This document shows positions 29,656 through 39,094 of a stretch of 64,000 nucleotides of DNA, one piece after another. A program made the position numbers and the translations under genes. A model generated the notes under the pieces. It saw nothing but the letters and a program-made list of their open reading frames with translations, was not told the origin of the DNA and made no database searches. How positions within the stretch are numbered: the stretch's first letter is position 1; each line of letters starts with the position of its first letter. The DNA is taken from the IMG/VR virus record IMGVR_UViG_3300028840_003168; one strand, written 5' to 3'. This DNA is from a virus.

Positions 29656-30756
29656 ATGGCGCACTGTGATGTAGATTCAAAACCGATAATGGATCTTTGC
29701 ACCTGCTTTGATCAGATTGCGATGAAGGACAGTGTCATTCATTTTAAATATGAAGACGGTTGGCTCGTGGTGTACGGTTCAAACTATATCGGGCTTGTCA
29801 GTTTGGGTTTGGAGGTTGAGGGTACCGGTTCCTTTTCTTTTGGTGTAGGGGCCTCGAAGCTTATTGCCACGTTTAAGAAACTGTATGAGGGACGTATTCG
29901 GATTTCTGTGACAAAGACCAAAGCGAAGTTGGCTATCGGTAACATTTCGATTAGCCTTGGTATCCAGGAGTACGTGGACTTCCCGGTGGTACCTGAAATG
30001 GAGACCCTGGATGGCCCTGTAAAGGACTGGCTTGTAGAGAGCGTAGCGAAGTGCAATTTCTCTACAACTCGTGTTGGGGAGGCCGTGCAGGGCGTTCTCA
30101 TAGATTCAGAAGAGTTTCTCAGGGTCTGTAAAATAAATACCAGCTCTATCCGCCTCATAACGTACCCTGAGCAAGGTTTAGGGGATTTCCGAATCTATGT
30201 TCCTATTGAGAGTTCAAAAATATTTGCCAAGTTTAAAAAGGACATAAAGTGTGTCAGGTATAGGTCAGATAAGTTTGGTATCGAGTTGTCCAGCGGGGTT
30301 TTTGTTTGTTTTTCCAATCTGGAAGACACCTATCCTGATGACTACATATCGGCGCTCGGGTTGTTTAAGGGGCTCAGTGTTATCGCACCTGAAATGTACC
30401 AAAGGTATGCGTTTAAGACGGATGACCTGGTGAACGCGCTGGATCTCGCAAACTCTGTACTCGGAGAGGATAGTCCTTTTGTGACTTTGAAGATTGTCGG
30501 TAGCGAACCTTCTTCCAGGTTTCCAGTATGGGATCTAGGTGGGAAATCCTATGATACCTGTTCGGTCAGTGAAAAAGTTGTTTGTGTTGAGGAAGGGGTC
30601 TCCGATCCTGTTTCATTCTCTGTAAATAGGAAAGATTGCGCGAATATTTTAAAAACTTATGGGGATCGCGTAATTATTTTCAACGAGGGCAGTCGTCCTC
30701 TGGTATGTTCTAATGTAGAGGGACTGGATGTTACGTTGTTACTGAAGGTCGCATAA
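29656..30756 (+). CDS. DNA sliding clamp (DnaN/beta-like)
   Basis: 366 aa, the size of DnaN. YVDFPVVP, VQGVLID and LEDTYPDDY echo the beta clamp's DFP, LNGVL and G.YPDY motifs. A clamp loader gene is nearby. Confidence 0.6.
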   Translation: MAHCDVDSKPIMDLCTCFDQIAMKDSVIHFKYEDGWLVVYGSNYIGLVSLGLEVEGTGSFSFGVGASKLIATFKKLYEGRIRISVTKTKAKLAIGNISISLGIQEYVDFPVVPEMETLDGPVKDWLVESVAKCNFSTTRVGEAVQGVLIDSEEFLRVCKINTSSIRLITYPEQGLGDFRIYVPIESSKIFAKFKKDIKCVRYRSDKFGIELSSGVFVCFSNLEDTYPDDYISALGLFKGLSVIAPEMYQRYAFKTDDLVNALDLANSVLGEDSPFVTLKIVGSEPSSRFPVWDLGGKSYDTCSVSEKVVCVEEGVSDPVSFSVNRKDCANILKTYGDRVIIFNEGSRPLVCSNVEGLDVTLLLKVA

Positions 30757-30766
30757 GGAGGAAAGC

Positions 30767-31486
30767 ATGAATAGGTTAAAACCAAGGGTACCTCTGGATA
30801 AGAACATTCTGGAGAGGATAAACGAGTATTATGGTTGGAGGTTGGGCCACAGGGTTTTGTACCGTGAGTGTTTTTCTCATCCTGCGCTGGATATGCACTC
30901 CTGCAACCCTCTGGCCAGGTTGGAGGGTGGTGATAAGTGTTCGTACTGTAATCATGCTCCGGGCGGCATCTGCAAAATTACCTGCCATGTCAATCGCTAT
31001 TGTCTGGCCGTGTTCGCGTTCCGTTTGGGTCTTGGTGGTAGCGATGTGTTCAACAAGGCCATGAAGACCAACCTGGGCATGAGCTATCAGAACCTTTACA
31101 AGAAGGTGGATGCACTGTTGAACGAGGTTCAGGCGGATGATGGTACCGCCCAGGACCTGTCGGCTATATCGACTGAAACGACAGAGCGCAACTCGTCAGG
31201 TAAAAAGAAGAAGAAACCTGCGAAGAAGAAGCCTGCGAAGAAGAAACCCAAGGAGACTTTTGTTGATGACAAAGGTCGGGAGCTTGTGGACATCCCGGAG
31301 GCTGCCAAACTTTACGGTTGCAGCTATCACAACATGTACGTGCATGTGATGGAGCGCGAGAACCTGGAGAAGGTTCCTGTTCCAGTAGGTGATAAGAAAG
31401 GGAAGCCGCGAGTTTTTGTTCGGAAGGAAGATGTGCTGAAGATGAAGGAAAAGAAAGAGAAGAAGAAACGTAAAAAGGGAGCTTGA
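30767..31486 (+). CDS. Cys-rich, Lys-rich protein with C-terminal excisionase-type HTH
   Basis: LVDIPEAAKLYGCSYHNMY...RVFVRKEDV motif and KKKPA repeats. Confidence 0.55.
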   Translation: MNRLKPRVPLDKNILERINEYYGWRLGHRVLYRECFSHPALDMHSCNPLARLEGGDKCSYCNHAPGGICKITCHVNRYCLAVFAFRLGLGGSDVFNKAMKTNLGMSYQNLYKKVDALLNEVQADDGTAQDLSAISTETTERNSSGKKKKKPAKKKPAKKKPKETFVDDKGRELVDIPEAAKLYGCSYHNMYVHVMERENLEKVPVPVGDKKGKPRVFVRKEDVLKMKEKKEKKKRKKGA

Positions 31487-31492
31487 TCCTGT

Positions 31493-33712
31493 ATGTTCTT
31501 TAATAAGCAGACCACGCCTCGTTCGTATCATCTGATTAACAATCCCAAGAAGCTATCGTGGCTTAGGAACGAATTACTGAATTGTTCTGAGCTGGCTTTT
31601 GACATTGAGACGAATCACCCTACCTCGAAGGCTCGGAAAGTGAAAGTGCCCGAGGGTTTCAAGGAGGTGTTGTCCGGTATCTCTTTTTCCTGGAACTATC
31701 AGGAAGGGACGATAAGGAAGTCAGCGAAACCCTGGTGGAGACCCGGTACAGCGGCTTACGTTCCTATCCACACTTCGGATGATGCTCCCTTCTGGAAGGG
31801 GCGTCAGCAGAAGGTGATGGAAGTTATCCAGGACATTCTGGCGTCACCTGTAAGCAAGGCGGCTCAGAACGGTAAATTCGATGTTCGTAAACTTGCTGAA
31901 CTGGAAGATATGCGGGTGGTCAATTTTGATTTCGATGTGATGCTGGCACACATCCTCCTCGACGAGGAGCGTCTTGTCTCTTCGCATGCGTTGAAATCAG
32001 ATCATTCCCAGGCTGGAAAAATGGTCAAGCTCGGGATGGCCGATGCTTATCTGGATACGACTTCTTCTCAGTTTAAGGATGATTTGACCACGGCTTTGGA
32101 GTTCTATGATCCCAAGTGGAAGAGGTACTCGAAGGTACCTTTGGACATTCTGTATCCTTATGGCTGTGCGGACTCCGATCTGGTGTTGGCTCTGAAAAGC
32201 GTTTTTCAACCCATGCTTGAGGAAGAGGGTCTTACCTGGGTGTTCAACACTCTGAGTATGCCGTTGACCAACGAGCTTGCGATGATGGAGCTTCATGGGG
32301 TTCCGGTTCTCCTGGATGTGGCCAAGAAGGTTATCGAGGAGCAGGGTGCCGTGATGCAGGACATGGAGAAGCTCATTCATCAGCTCTGTGGCCGACTGTT
32401 TAAGATAGGTTCGGATAAAGAACTTGGGAACGTGCTTTTCAATGAGATGGGGCTTCCCGGAAAGAAGAATGAGAATCACCAGTGGGTGACGGATGCGGAC
32501 GCCATACGAGCCCTGGAGCATCCTGTGGCTGAACCTGTACTTAAATGGAAACGCGCTCAGAAGATCCTGAGTTCCTATGCGGTACCTGCACTTGAGAATG
32601 TTCAGGAGATTACAAATGAAGGGAAGGTTGGCTGGGTCCATCCCAATTTCTATGCGGCAACGGTGACCGGCAGGCTTACTATGAGCAACCCTACGTTGAA
32701 TGTTCTGCCGCGGCCAGAGAATGGCGGGGATGTTGTTAAGTCGATGTATGCCGGTGGTTCGGACTACAGGTTCATTTTTAAGGATTACAGCCAGATAGAA
32801 CTGAAGGTTGGTGCCCATCTGTCACAGGAGCCGGTTTGGATTGAAGGTTTCCGAAACGGACATGACATGCACAGCGCCATGGCGCAGAGAATTTGGCATC
32901 GGGACTGCGCCATCGAGATGATCAAAGAGCTACATTCGTCGTCCAGGAGCAATGCGAAGACTGTTAATTTCGGGATTATTTACGGGATGACAATTTATGC
33001 CTTGGCCGAGAAGTTGGGTATCACTGTAGAAGAGGCGCAGCAGATCGTTGATGACTATTTCGGAGCTGCCCCGGTTCTCAAGGCATGGATAGACGCGACT
33101 CACGAGTTTGCCACTGCTAACGGTTATGTGACCAGCATGTTTGGTCGGCGCAGGCATCTCCCGGATGCTCAGTTGGTGGTTCCAGACGCACCGGATAAAC
33201 CCCCTTACAGAAGCCGTCCAGGTTGTTTTATGAATGGCCCTAATCTGGCAGGCCTCTATCTGGAACTTGAGGATCTCGAACGGATCAGTCCATATGACCT
33301 TGGTGTGAAGATCAGGCAGACCGGGAGGGACTTTCTTTTCAAGTGTGCGGAGTGCCATTGTGTGTATTCCTGTATTGCTAATCGAGAAGTCAGGAAGCTG
33401 CGAGGAGCTTACAACCGCGCTATGCGGCAGTCGGTGAATGCGCCTATTCAGTCCAGTGCCGCGGATATGACTTCTTTGGCGATGGTGTTGGTGAACGGGG
33501 AGCTGCGGAGGTGCCGTCTGGATGCCTTGGCCATTATGAATACTCATGATGAGATTGCCGTTTATTCGCACACCTCCTGTATTGAGGAGTCGTGTCGAAT
33601 CATGGATTACTACATGATAAACTACATGACGGAGCTTTTCAGTTTCAGCGTTCCTTTGAGCGTGGACACCGCAATAGTGTACTGCATGGCAGAAAAACAC
33701 GACCACGATTGA
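31493..33712 (+). CDS. polA: Family A DNA polymerase with 3'-5' exonuclease, lacking a 5'-3' exonuclease domain
   Basis: ExoI FDIET, ExoII QNGKFD, ExoIII YGCAD, TGRL, motif A DYSQIEL, motif B RSNAKTVNFGIIYG, NAPIQS and motif C THDEI. Confidence 0.95.
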   Translation: MFFNKQTTPRSYHLINNPKKLSWLRNELLNCSELAFDIETNHPTSKARKVKVPEGFKEVLSGISFSWNYQEGTIRKSAKPWWRPGTAAYVPIHTSDDAPFWKGRQQKVMEVIQDILASPVSKAAQNGKFDVRKLAELEDMRVVNFDFDVMLAHILLDEERLVSSHALKSDHSQAGKMVKLGMADAYLDTTSSQFKDDLTTALEFYDPKWKRYSKVPLDILYPYGCADSDLVLALKSVFQPMLEEEGLTWVFNTLSMPLTNELAMMELHGVPVLLDVAKKVIEEQGAVMQDMEKLIHQLCGRLFKIGSDKELGNVLFNEMGLPGKKNENHQWVTDADAIRALEHPVAEPVLKWKRAQKILSSYAVPALENVQEITNEGKVGWVHPNFYAATVTGRLTMSNPTLNVLPRPENGGDVVKSMYAGGSDYRFIFKDYSQIELKVGAHLSQEPVWIEGFRNGHDMHSAMAQRIWHRDCAIEMIKELHSSSRSNAKTVNFGIIYGMTIYALAEKLGITVEEAQQIVDDYFGAAPVLKAWIDATHEFATANGYVTSMFGRRRHLPDAQLVVPDAPDKPPYRSRPGCFMNGPNLAGLYLELEDLERISPYDLGVKIRQTGRDFLFKCAECHCVYSCIANREVRKLRGAYNRAMRQSVNAPIQSSAADMTSLAMVLVNGELRRCRLDALAIMNTHDEIAVYSHTSCIEESCRIMDYYMINYMTELFSFSVPLSVDTAIVYCMAEKHDHD

Positions 33713-33763
33713 GATCCGGTTCAAACTTTTTTGGTATATTCCCCTATAGAGGAGGTTTCCCTG

Positions 33764-34126
33764 ATGAAAGCGAAAACGTTTGCGGTACAAGGTGATGTTG
33801 AGCGTATTGAGAAGGATTTGAATAAGTGGTTATCCAGCGCACCAATGAACATCGTGAAGGATTACCAGGTTGGAGGTTGCCTGATCTTTTTGTATACGGA
33901 GGACTATTCCCGAAACATGCACAGGTTGGATGGAGAGGAACCTCGATGTCCGAAGTGTAATGCGGTCATGAAGATCAGGTCTGCCAGGGCCAGTGGTGAT
34001 CTTTTCTGGGGGTGTACGAAGTACCCTGATTGTAATGGCACTCAGCCTTTGACCGACCTGGACTGGGAGAAGCTGGCCGGTCCTGATTTAAGGTCCTTGG
34101 GAGAGAACGAAGACATTCCCTTCTGA
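33764..34126 (+). CDS. Topoisomerase-type C4 zinc-ribbon protein
   Basis: CPKCNAVMKIR...FWGCTKYPDC motif, GGAGG RBS, C-terminal EDIPF. Confidence 0.8.
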   Translation: MKAKTFAVQGDVERIEKDLNKWLSSAPMNIVKDYQVGGCLIFLYTEDYSRNMHRLDGEEPRCPKCNAVMKIRSARASGDLFWGCTKYPDCNGTQPLTDLDWEKLAGPDLRSLGENEDIPF

Positions 34127-34138
34127 TAGGAGTGAACG

Positions 34139-35104
34139 ATGAAGATTTTATGGAGAAAATGGAAGAACCACGAGGGGCCTCTGATTCGCGGTAGCTGCCC
34201 TTATGCCCCGATGGCTCCCTGGGGGCCGTGGACGAGGATACTCGGGGTGGTAGCGGCCTGTGAGGGCAAGCACGACACAGTGGTCATGTATGACGGCACC
34301 GGGGTGACCTGGGGGTTCGGACAGTGGACCTTTACTAGCGGGAGATTGCAGCGGCTTCTCCAGTCGTTCAAGTCGGTATCCTATGTGGGGTTTGAGGATG
34401 ATCAAGGTGACCACGAGGATGACCTGTTGAGCAACCTGTTTGATGAGCTTGGGGTCAACTGTGTGTTGGGGGATTTTGATCTGCGTATCAAGGAAGGTCG
34501 GTTGCGGTACCTTTCGCAGACTATTAGTGGGGCATCTGCTTCATATGCTTTGAATCCCAGGACCGAGAAGAAACTCATCAACGATATCTGTTTGGGGAAG
34601 AAGAAATACCCCAAGGCCACGGCACTTCAGAAAAAGCATGCCAAGAGCCTAGCCAGAGCCTTTTCTCAATGGGGTCGGGAGATAGATGTCCAGCAGGCCC
34701 AGATTCAGTTTGCCAAGCAGGAACTCAAGAGGGCGGTCCACGTTGAACGTAAGGCATTGGGTGGCATCTCCATACGTAACCTTCTGGACGAGGGTGTGGG
34801 TCTCAGCGGAGACGAGTATTGGGACAGTCCTGTACCCGCTTTGTTCTTTAACCTATGGCAGAACTCTCCGAAGGGAGCTTACAGGTTCTTTATCAACGCC
34901 AATAAGGAAGCGAAGCGGAAAGGTGTGATCAACTGGCCCGATTATTTGGACCTCCTCTGGTCCAGGTTGAACAGGAGTGCTTACGCCAACTGGGGCTGGA
35001 ACTCTCGTCGCTATAAAGAAGGGAAAGGTACGCCGAGAATCAAACGAATCCGACCGGCGATAAAGGCTTATTACGATATCGATTTGCCGTATGAGAAACC
35101 ATGA
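34139..35104 (+). CDS. Putative lysozyme-fold peptidoglycan hydrolase
   Basis: ACEGKHDTVVMYDGTGVTWGFGQWT resembles the E-G...YD...G..Q motif of lysozyme-like muramidases. Confidence 0.45.
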   Translation: MKILWRKWKNHEGPLIRGSCPYAPMAPWGPWTRILGVVAACEGKHDTVVMYDGTGVTWGFGQWTFTSGRLQRLLQSFKSVSYVGFEDDQGDHEDDLLSNLFDELGVNCVLGDFDLRIKEGRLRYLSQTISGASASYALNPRTEKKLINDICLGKKKYPKATALQKKHAKSLARAFSQWGREIDVQQAQIQFAKQELKRAVHVERKALGGISIRNLLDEGVGLSGDEYWDSPVPALFFNLWQNSPKGAYRFFINANKEAKRKGVINWPDYLDLLWSRLNRSAYANWGWNSRRYKEGKGTPRIKRIRPAIKAYYDIDLPYEKP

Positions 35105-36213
35105 ACCTTGCCAACAAATACCGACCTCAGAGATTCGCTGAGGTCATCGGCCAGCCGGTGTCTGTGAAGATCATGGTGAACTCGGTGTGGTACAAGAAGC
35201 CCAGGTCGATGCTGTTATCTGGTATTCGAGGTACGGGCAAGACCACCCTGGCCCGACTCTATGCCAAGGCTTTGAACTGCGAGAGGTTCCACGAGCTGGG
35301 GGATGTTTGTAACGAGTGTCCCTCCTGCCTGGAGGGTGGCTATCCTCTTGAGCTGGATGCGGCTTCAAATTCGGGCGCCGAGGATGCCAGAACCTTGGAA
35401 GGTATCATCAAGCAGATTCCACGGTACAAGTACAATGTGATCATTCTGGATGAGTGCCATATGCTGTCCAAGCAGGCCCAGAATGTCCTGCTCAAGACTT
35501 TGGAGGAGGCCCCGAAGCATTCGATTTTCATGTTGGTAACCACGAATCCCGAGAAGATGCTGGATACGGTACGGTCCAGGTGTCTCTCTATGCCCCTTAG
35601 AACCGTCTCCACGGCTGACGCGGCTTGGGCTATCCGTATGGTCCTGGAAGCCGAAGAGGTGGCCCATGAGGACGCCTTCGTGGACTTTCTGGCCTTAAAC
35701 TGTGACGGTTCTCTCAGGGATGTGTACCAGACCCTGGAGCAGATCATTCTTACGGCTGGCGATGGGCCGTTGAGCGAGGATATGCTCGAAGAGGCCGTGG
35801 GGGTGATCTCCACGTCGAAATACAAGGATCTTGCTCATGTTTTATGTGCAAAGAGCTATGGCGCGGAGCAGGGGCTCCGAGCGGCTTTTGACGAGGTGGA
35901 TCGTTGGAACAGGAATGGGTACGATTTACAGCATATCTTTTTAACTGGTGTACCTATTATCCTTCGTGACTTTATGATCAGGTTGAGTGGATGCCACGGT
36001 GATGGGGTCGGGTATATGACCGGGATTTCTGATGAATCTTTTGCCCGTAATCTAACGTTGACTTTGGGCGATGTGCGAAGACTCACTGCTGAGTGGGAGC
36101 GCACAGAGAGCATGATGAGGGTGTCAGCACATCCCAGAATAATCTGGGAGGTGTTTTTGATAAAGAGTTTTGCCGATACCGGCATCGAGGGCAGGGTGGT
36201 TGCGGATTACTAG
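35101..36213 (+). CDS. dnaX: Clamp loader, DNA polymerase III gamma/tau-like
   Basis: LANKYRPQRFAEVIGQ, GIRGTGKTT, LNC..CNECPSC, ELDAASN, ILDECHMLS, LLKTLEE, TVRSRC and GSLRD motifs. Confidence 0.95.
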   Translation: MNLANKYRPQRFAEVIGQPVSVKIMVNSVWYKKPRSMLLSGIRGTGKTTLARLYAKALNCERFHELGDVCNECPSCLEGGYPLELDAASNSGAEDARTLEGIIKQIPRYKYNVIILDECHMLSKQAQNVLLKTLEEAPKHSIFMLVTTNPEKMLDTVRSRCLSMPLRTVSTADAAWAIRMVLEAEEVAHEDAFVDFLALNCDGSLRDVYQTLEQIILTAGDGPLSEDMLEEAVGVISTSKYKDLAHVLCAKSYGAEQGLRAAFDEVDRWNRNGYDLQHIFLTGVPIILRDFMIRLSGCHGDGVGYMTGISDESFARNLTLTLGDVRRLTAEWERTESMMRVSAHPRIIWEVFLIKSFADTGIEGRVVADY

Positions 36214-36666
36214 ATGGTTGAGGACGGCTACAGAGAGCCGTGGGTAACAGATGTATGGTGCAGTAATTGTGGTACTGAGTTGAGGGTTACGAAAGAGGTT
36301 TGGATAGACTCATATCAGTATCGCTATTCGCTTAGGTGTGGAAGGTGTGGTGGTGTGGCTGAGGGGTCGGGGCTGGCCGTGAAAGCGCATGTGCCATTCT
36401 GGAAGGAGCCCAATTGGCGAGATAGGCATGCAGCACCCGAGGTGCTGGTGGTTCGCGGGAGAGCTAAGGTAACGATACCTGAAGAGAAGTTAAAAGGAGC
36501 GAAGCGAGATGGAGATCATAGGAAGGAAGTTCGGAGAAGTGTGGGCGCTCGACGAGGGCCTGATGGACGTGGCAGAGGGCCTGGTAGCCGAATATACGGA
36601 AGGTCTGGGTCACATCGACCTAGAGCGCGTCGTGTTCGTAAGACAGAGAGGTCTGAAGACAGCTAA
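36214..36666 (+). CDS. Hypothetical zinc-ribbon protein
   Basis: CSNCG...CGRCG. The 3' part overlaps the next gene. Confidence 0.4.
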   Translation: MVEDGYREPWVTDVWCSNCGTELRVTKEVWIDSYQYRYSLRCGRCGGVAEGSGLAVKAHVPFWKEPNWRDRHAAPEVLVVRGRAKVTIPEEKLKGAKRDGDHRKEVRRSVGARRGPDGRGRGPGSRIYGRSGSHRPRARRVRKTERSEDS

Positions 36667-37033
36667 ATGGGCCGGTAAGTGCTTTTATGTGAAGGAGCCC
36701 CATACCATCCTTTCTCAGTACACTTTGAGATGGATGCAGAAACGAGGTTTAGAGGGTGCGGAGAGGTTTGAGGAGATGTTGGACAATGATGTTCTGGATA
36801 TCCGGTATATCATTGCGTTGAATGATGATGTGGTTCCTCTGATGGTGGGTCCAGCGTCTTTAGAGCTGGTTGAGAAGGCAATCCTGCACCACGAACTCAA
36901 ACATATAAAGACTGAGATGGACGGCATCGAGGAACATGATGCCAAGGATTTCAAGTCTGTTCTCCACATCTATGGTGTTTTCTGGGACTCGGGGAACTTT
37001 AATACTGGTGTTTCCGATGAGGAGACAAGTTGA
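36509..37033 (+). CDS. Putative phage metallopeptidase
   Basis: KWAGKC, ILHHELKHI (HExxH) and HDAKDF...YG motifs. AAGGAG RBS. Confidence 0.7.
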   Translation: MEIIGRKFGEVWALDEGLMDVAEGLVAEYTEGLGHIDLERVVFVRQRGLKTAKWAGKCFYVKEPHTILSQYTLRWMQKRGLEGAERFEEMLDNDVLDIRYIIALNDDVVPLMVGPASLELVEKAILHHELKHIKTEMDGIEEHDAKDFKSVLHIYGVFWDSGNFNTGVSDEETS

Positions 37034-37704
37034 TGTCCAACTTTAAGATAGCCGTCACGCCGACTGGTACACAGGTTACTTTGAGCCAAACTGTTGAAGA
37101 GGTTGATGTTATCGACAAACTTACTTTCAACGAAGATTTGCTTGAGGAACTTCTGGAAACTCACTCGGCCACCCAGGCATATTGGGAAGCTTTGGCTGTC
37201 AGGATGAAGAAAGGTATTGAAGCTTTCGATGAAGAGTTTGCCCGAAAGTGGTGGGCTCATAATAGAGTTTACGCGAAACTTGTTCTCAATGCTTATGGTG
37301 AAAAAGAACCTACCAAGACCTCGGTGGACGACATGACCATCCTCATCTATACGGAGGACTCTACGGACAGTATGCGGTCTAAATACGCGCACTTAGCTCA
37401 CACTGCCTTTGGTGAAAAGAAGCATATGTATGCCGAGGCGAAAAAAACTTTTGAAAAAAATATGTATAAATACCTGAACGAGGTTGATCCTCCCTGGTAT
37501 GTTGAGAGTGTTATGAGAACGCAGCGCAAACTGAAAGAAGACTATGAATTGGTGAAAGTATTCGCAGAGCGACTCAACTCTAGGGGGTTCCAGATGAAGG
37601 AATACCAGAGTCTGCTGATGGCGAAGAGATACAACATAGGTACGCCTATAAGTCAGAGGGACACCATGGAGAGGGTTTCTCAAGAAAGGCAAAGGAGAGA
37701 TTAA
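37030..37704 (+). CDS. Helical protein, possibly a UvsY-like recombination mediator
   Basis: Coiled-coil character and position upstream of the SSB-like and recA genes. Family assignment is inference. Confidence 0.4.
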   Translation: MMSNFKIAVTPTGTQVTLSQTVEEVDVIDKLTFNEDLLEELLETHSATQAYWEALAVRMKKGIEAFDEEFARKWWAHNRVYAKLVLNAYGEKEPTKTSVDDMTILIYTEDSTDSMRSKYAHLAHTAFGEKKHMYAEAKKTFEKNMYKYLNEVDPPWYVESVMRTQRKLKEDYELVKVFAERLNSRGFQMKEYQSLLMAKRYNIGTPISQRDTMERVSQERQRRD

Positions 37705-37705
37705 C

Positions 37706-39094
37706 ATGCCAGAAATGACTATGAGCTATGACAATGAGAAGAAGTTCGGTGAGCAGAAGGGTGGGGGTGGCAACTTCAACCCTGAGCTTTACCGGGCGTT
37801 GCCTGCCGGTGACGGGCAGACTGCCATCAACAAGATCCTGGTGCTGCTGTACGAGCCCTGGAGATGGAGTTTGTTCAACCCGACCCAGGAGATGGCCTCG
37901 AAGTACAACCTGGCCTTCAACAATGGAGGTTTGGTGAGCATTCCAGACAATCTGTGTACCTTCTTTTTCCAGGTACCTTCTCACGGTATTGATAACTTCA
38001 GGCGCCCGGACGGCTCCGAGGGGTTCACCTACGTCCTGTGTCCCAAGAAGTTCAACGCTTATTTGAAGGGTCACAACTACCAACCTCTCTTCCAGGATGA
38101 CACCTGCCCTTACTGCGACGAGGAGCAGCGGTACTGGGACATGTTTAACGACAGGTTCCTGGAGCTGGGGTTTGATCGAGAGGGCCGAAAGAAGATGAAG
38201 GATGGCCAGTACAGGGCCACGGTGGACGGTGATGAGATACTCAAGAAGGCCCGTTCATCGGCATTCGATCATCGTGTGTCGGATCGTTTTATTTTGAGCA
38301 TCTTCGATCACGACAAGTTTGTCGGTACTCGTAAAATGGATGAGGGCCAGACTGCTGTCGCGCACCAGTTGTGGATCGCTCCGAAGACCGTGTTTGAGGG
38401 GGTTCAACTCGTTTATGAGAGTGGCGCCAAGTTCTTCAATACCGCGAATGTAAAAGAGGTTGCGGTTCTGTCTCTGTCGAAGGACAATTCCAGAGGACGC
38501 AGGCGTTCCAAGTACTCGGTTGTCTATAGCGGCGAGACATATGACTATGGCGCCGAGTGGATGGCTTACCTGGACAACACGGAAACTCGGGTCGATCCGT
38601 CCAATTTCATTCATCTGGCGACTCCTGATGAGATGCGGTATTACCTGGGTGCCGCTTCTGCGGCTACACCACCTGCGGCATATCCTCCCGCAGTGGCTCC
38701 AGCAGCAGCTCCTCCCGCAGCTTCGCCTCCTCCTGCTGCTCCTCCCGCAGCTTCGCCTCCTCCTGCTGCTTCTCCTGCTGCTCCTCCTGCTGCTCCTCCT
38801 GCTGCTCCTCCCGCAGCGGCACCACCGGCAGCCGCACCACCTGCGGCGACTCCTCCTCCTGCTGCTGCACCGCCGTCTCCGGTACCGCCTCCAGCACCTG
38901 CACCGGCAGCAACTCCACAGGCACCCCCACCTGCTGCATCGCCAATGCCCAGTGCCCCGACAGGTACACCACCTGCGGCGACTCCACCGGCAGCAGCTCC
39001 TCCCGCGGCGACCCCTCCTGGTGGCGCCCCACCGGCAGCACCGGGCCATGTGGCCCCTCCCGGCTCCCCGGCCCCAGGTAAGAGGAACTGGTAG
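37706..39094 (+). CDS. Putative gp32-like ssDNA-binding protein with long Pro/Ala tail
   Basis: H...CP...CPYC metal motif and OB-like strands. Directly upstream of recA. C-terminal ~140 aa are PA repeats. Confidence 0.55.
   Translation: MPEMTMSYDNEKKFGEQKGGGGNFNPELYRALPAGDGQTAINKILVLLYEPWRWSLFNPTQEMASKYNLAFNNGGLVSIPDNLCTFFFQVPSHGIDNFRRPDGSEGFTYVLCPKKFNAYLKGHNYQPLFQDDTCPYCDEEQRYWDMFNDRFLELGFDREGRKKMKDGQYRATVDGDEILKKARSSAFDHRVSDRFILSIFDHDKFVGTRKMDEGQTAVAHQLWIAPKTVFEGVQLVYESGAKFFNTANVKEVAVLSLSKDNSRGRRRSKYSVVYSGETYDYGAEWMAYLDNTETRVDPSNFIHLATPDEMRYYLGAASAATPPAAYPPAVAPAAAPPAASPPPAAPPAASPPPAASPAAPPAAPPAAPPAAAPPAAAPPAATPPPAAAPPSPVPPPAPAPAATPQAPPPAASPMPSAPTGTPPAATPPAAAPPAATPPGGAPPAAPGHVAPPGSPAPGKRNW
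38650..39078 (+). repeat. Low-complexity Pro/Ala-coding repeats
   Basis: GCTCCTCCCGCAGCTTCGCCTCCTCCTGCT x2 (38708-38767), GCTCCTCCTGCT runs and degenerate copies. Confidence 0.9.

Noticed and set aside
33170-33410. Possible intein in the polymerase
   Set aside because: The insert is short and lacks the N-terminal C/S block and the C-terminal HN-[CST] splice motifs.
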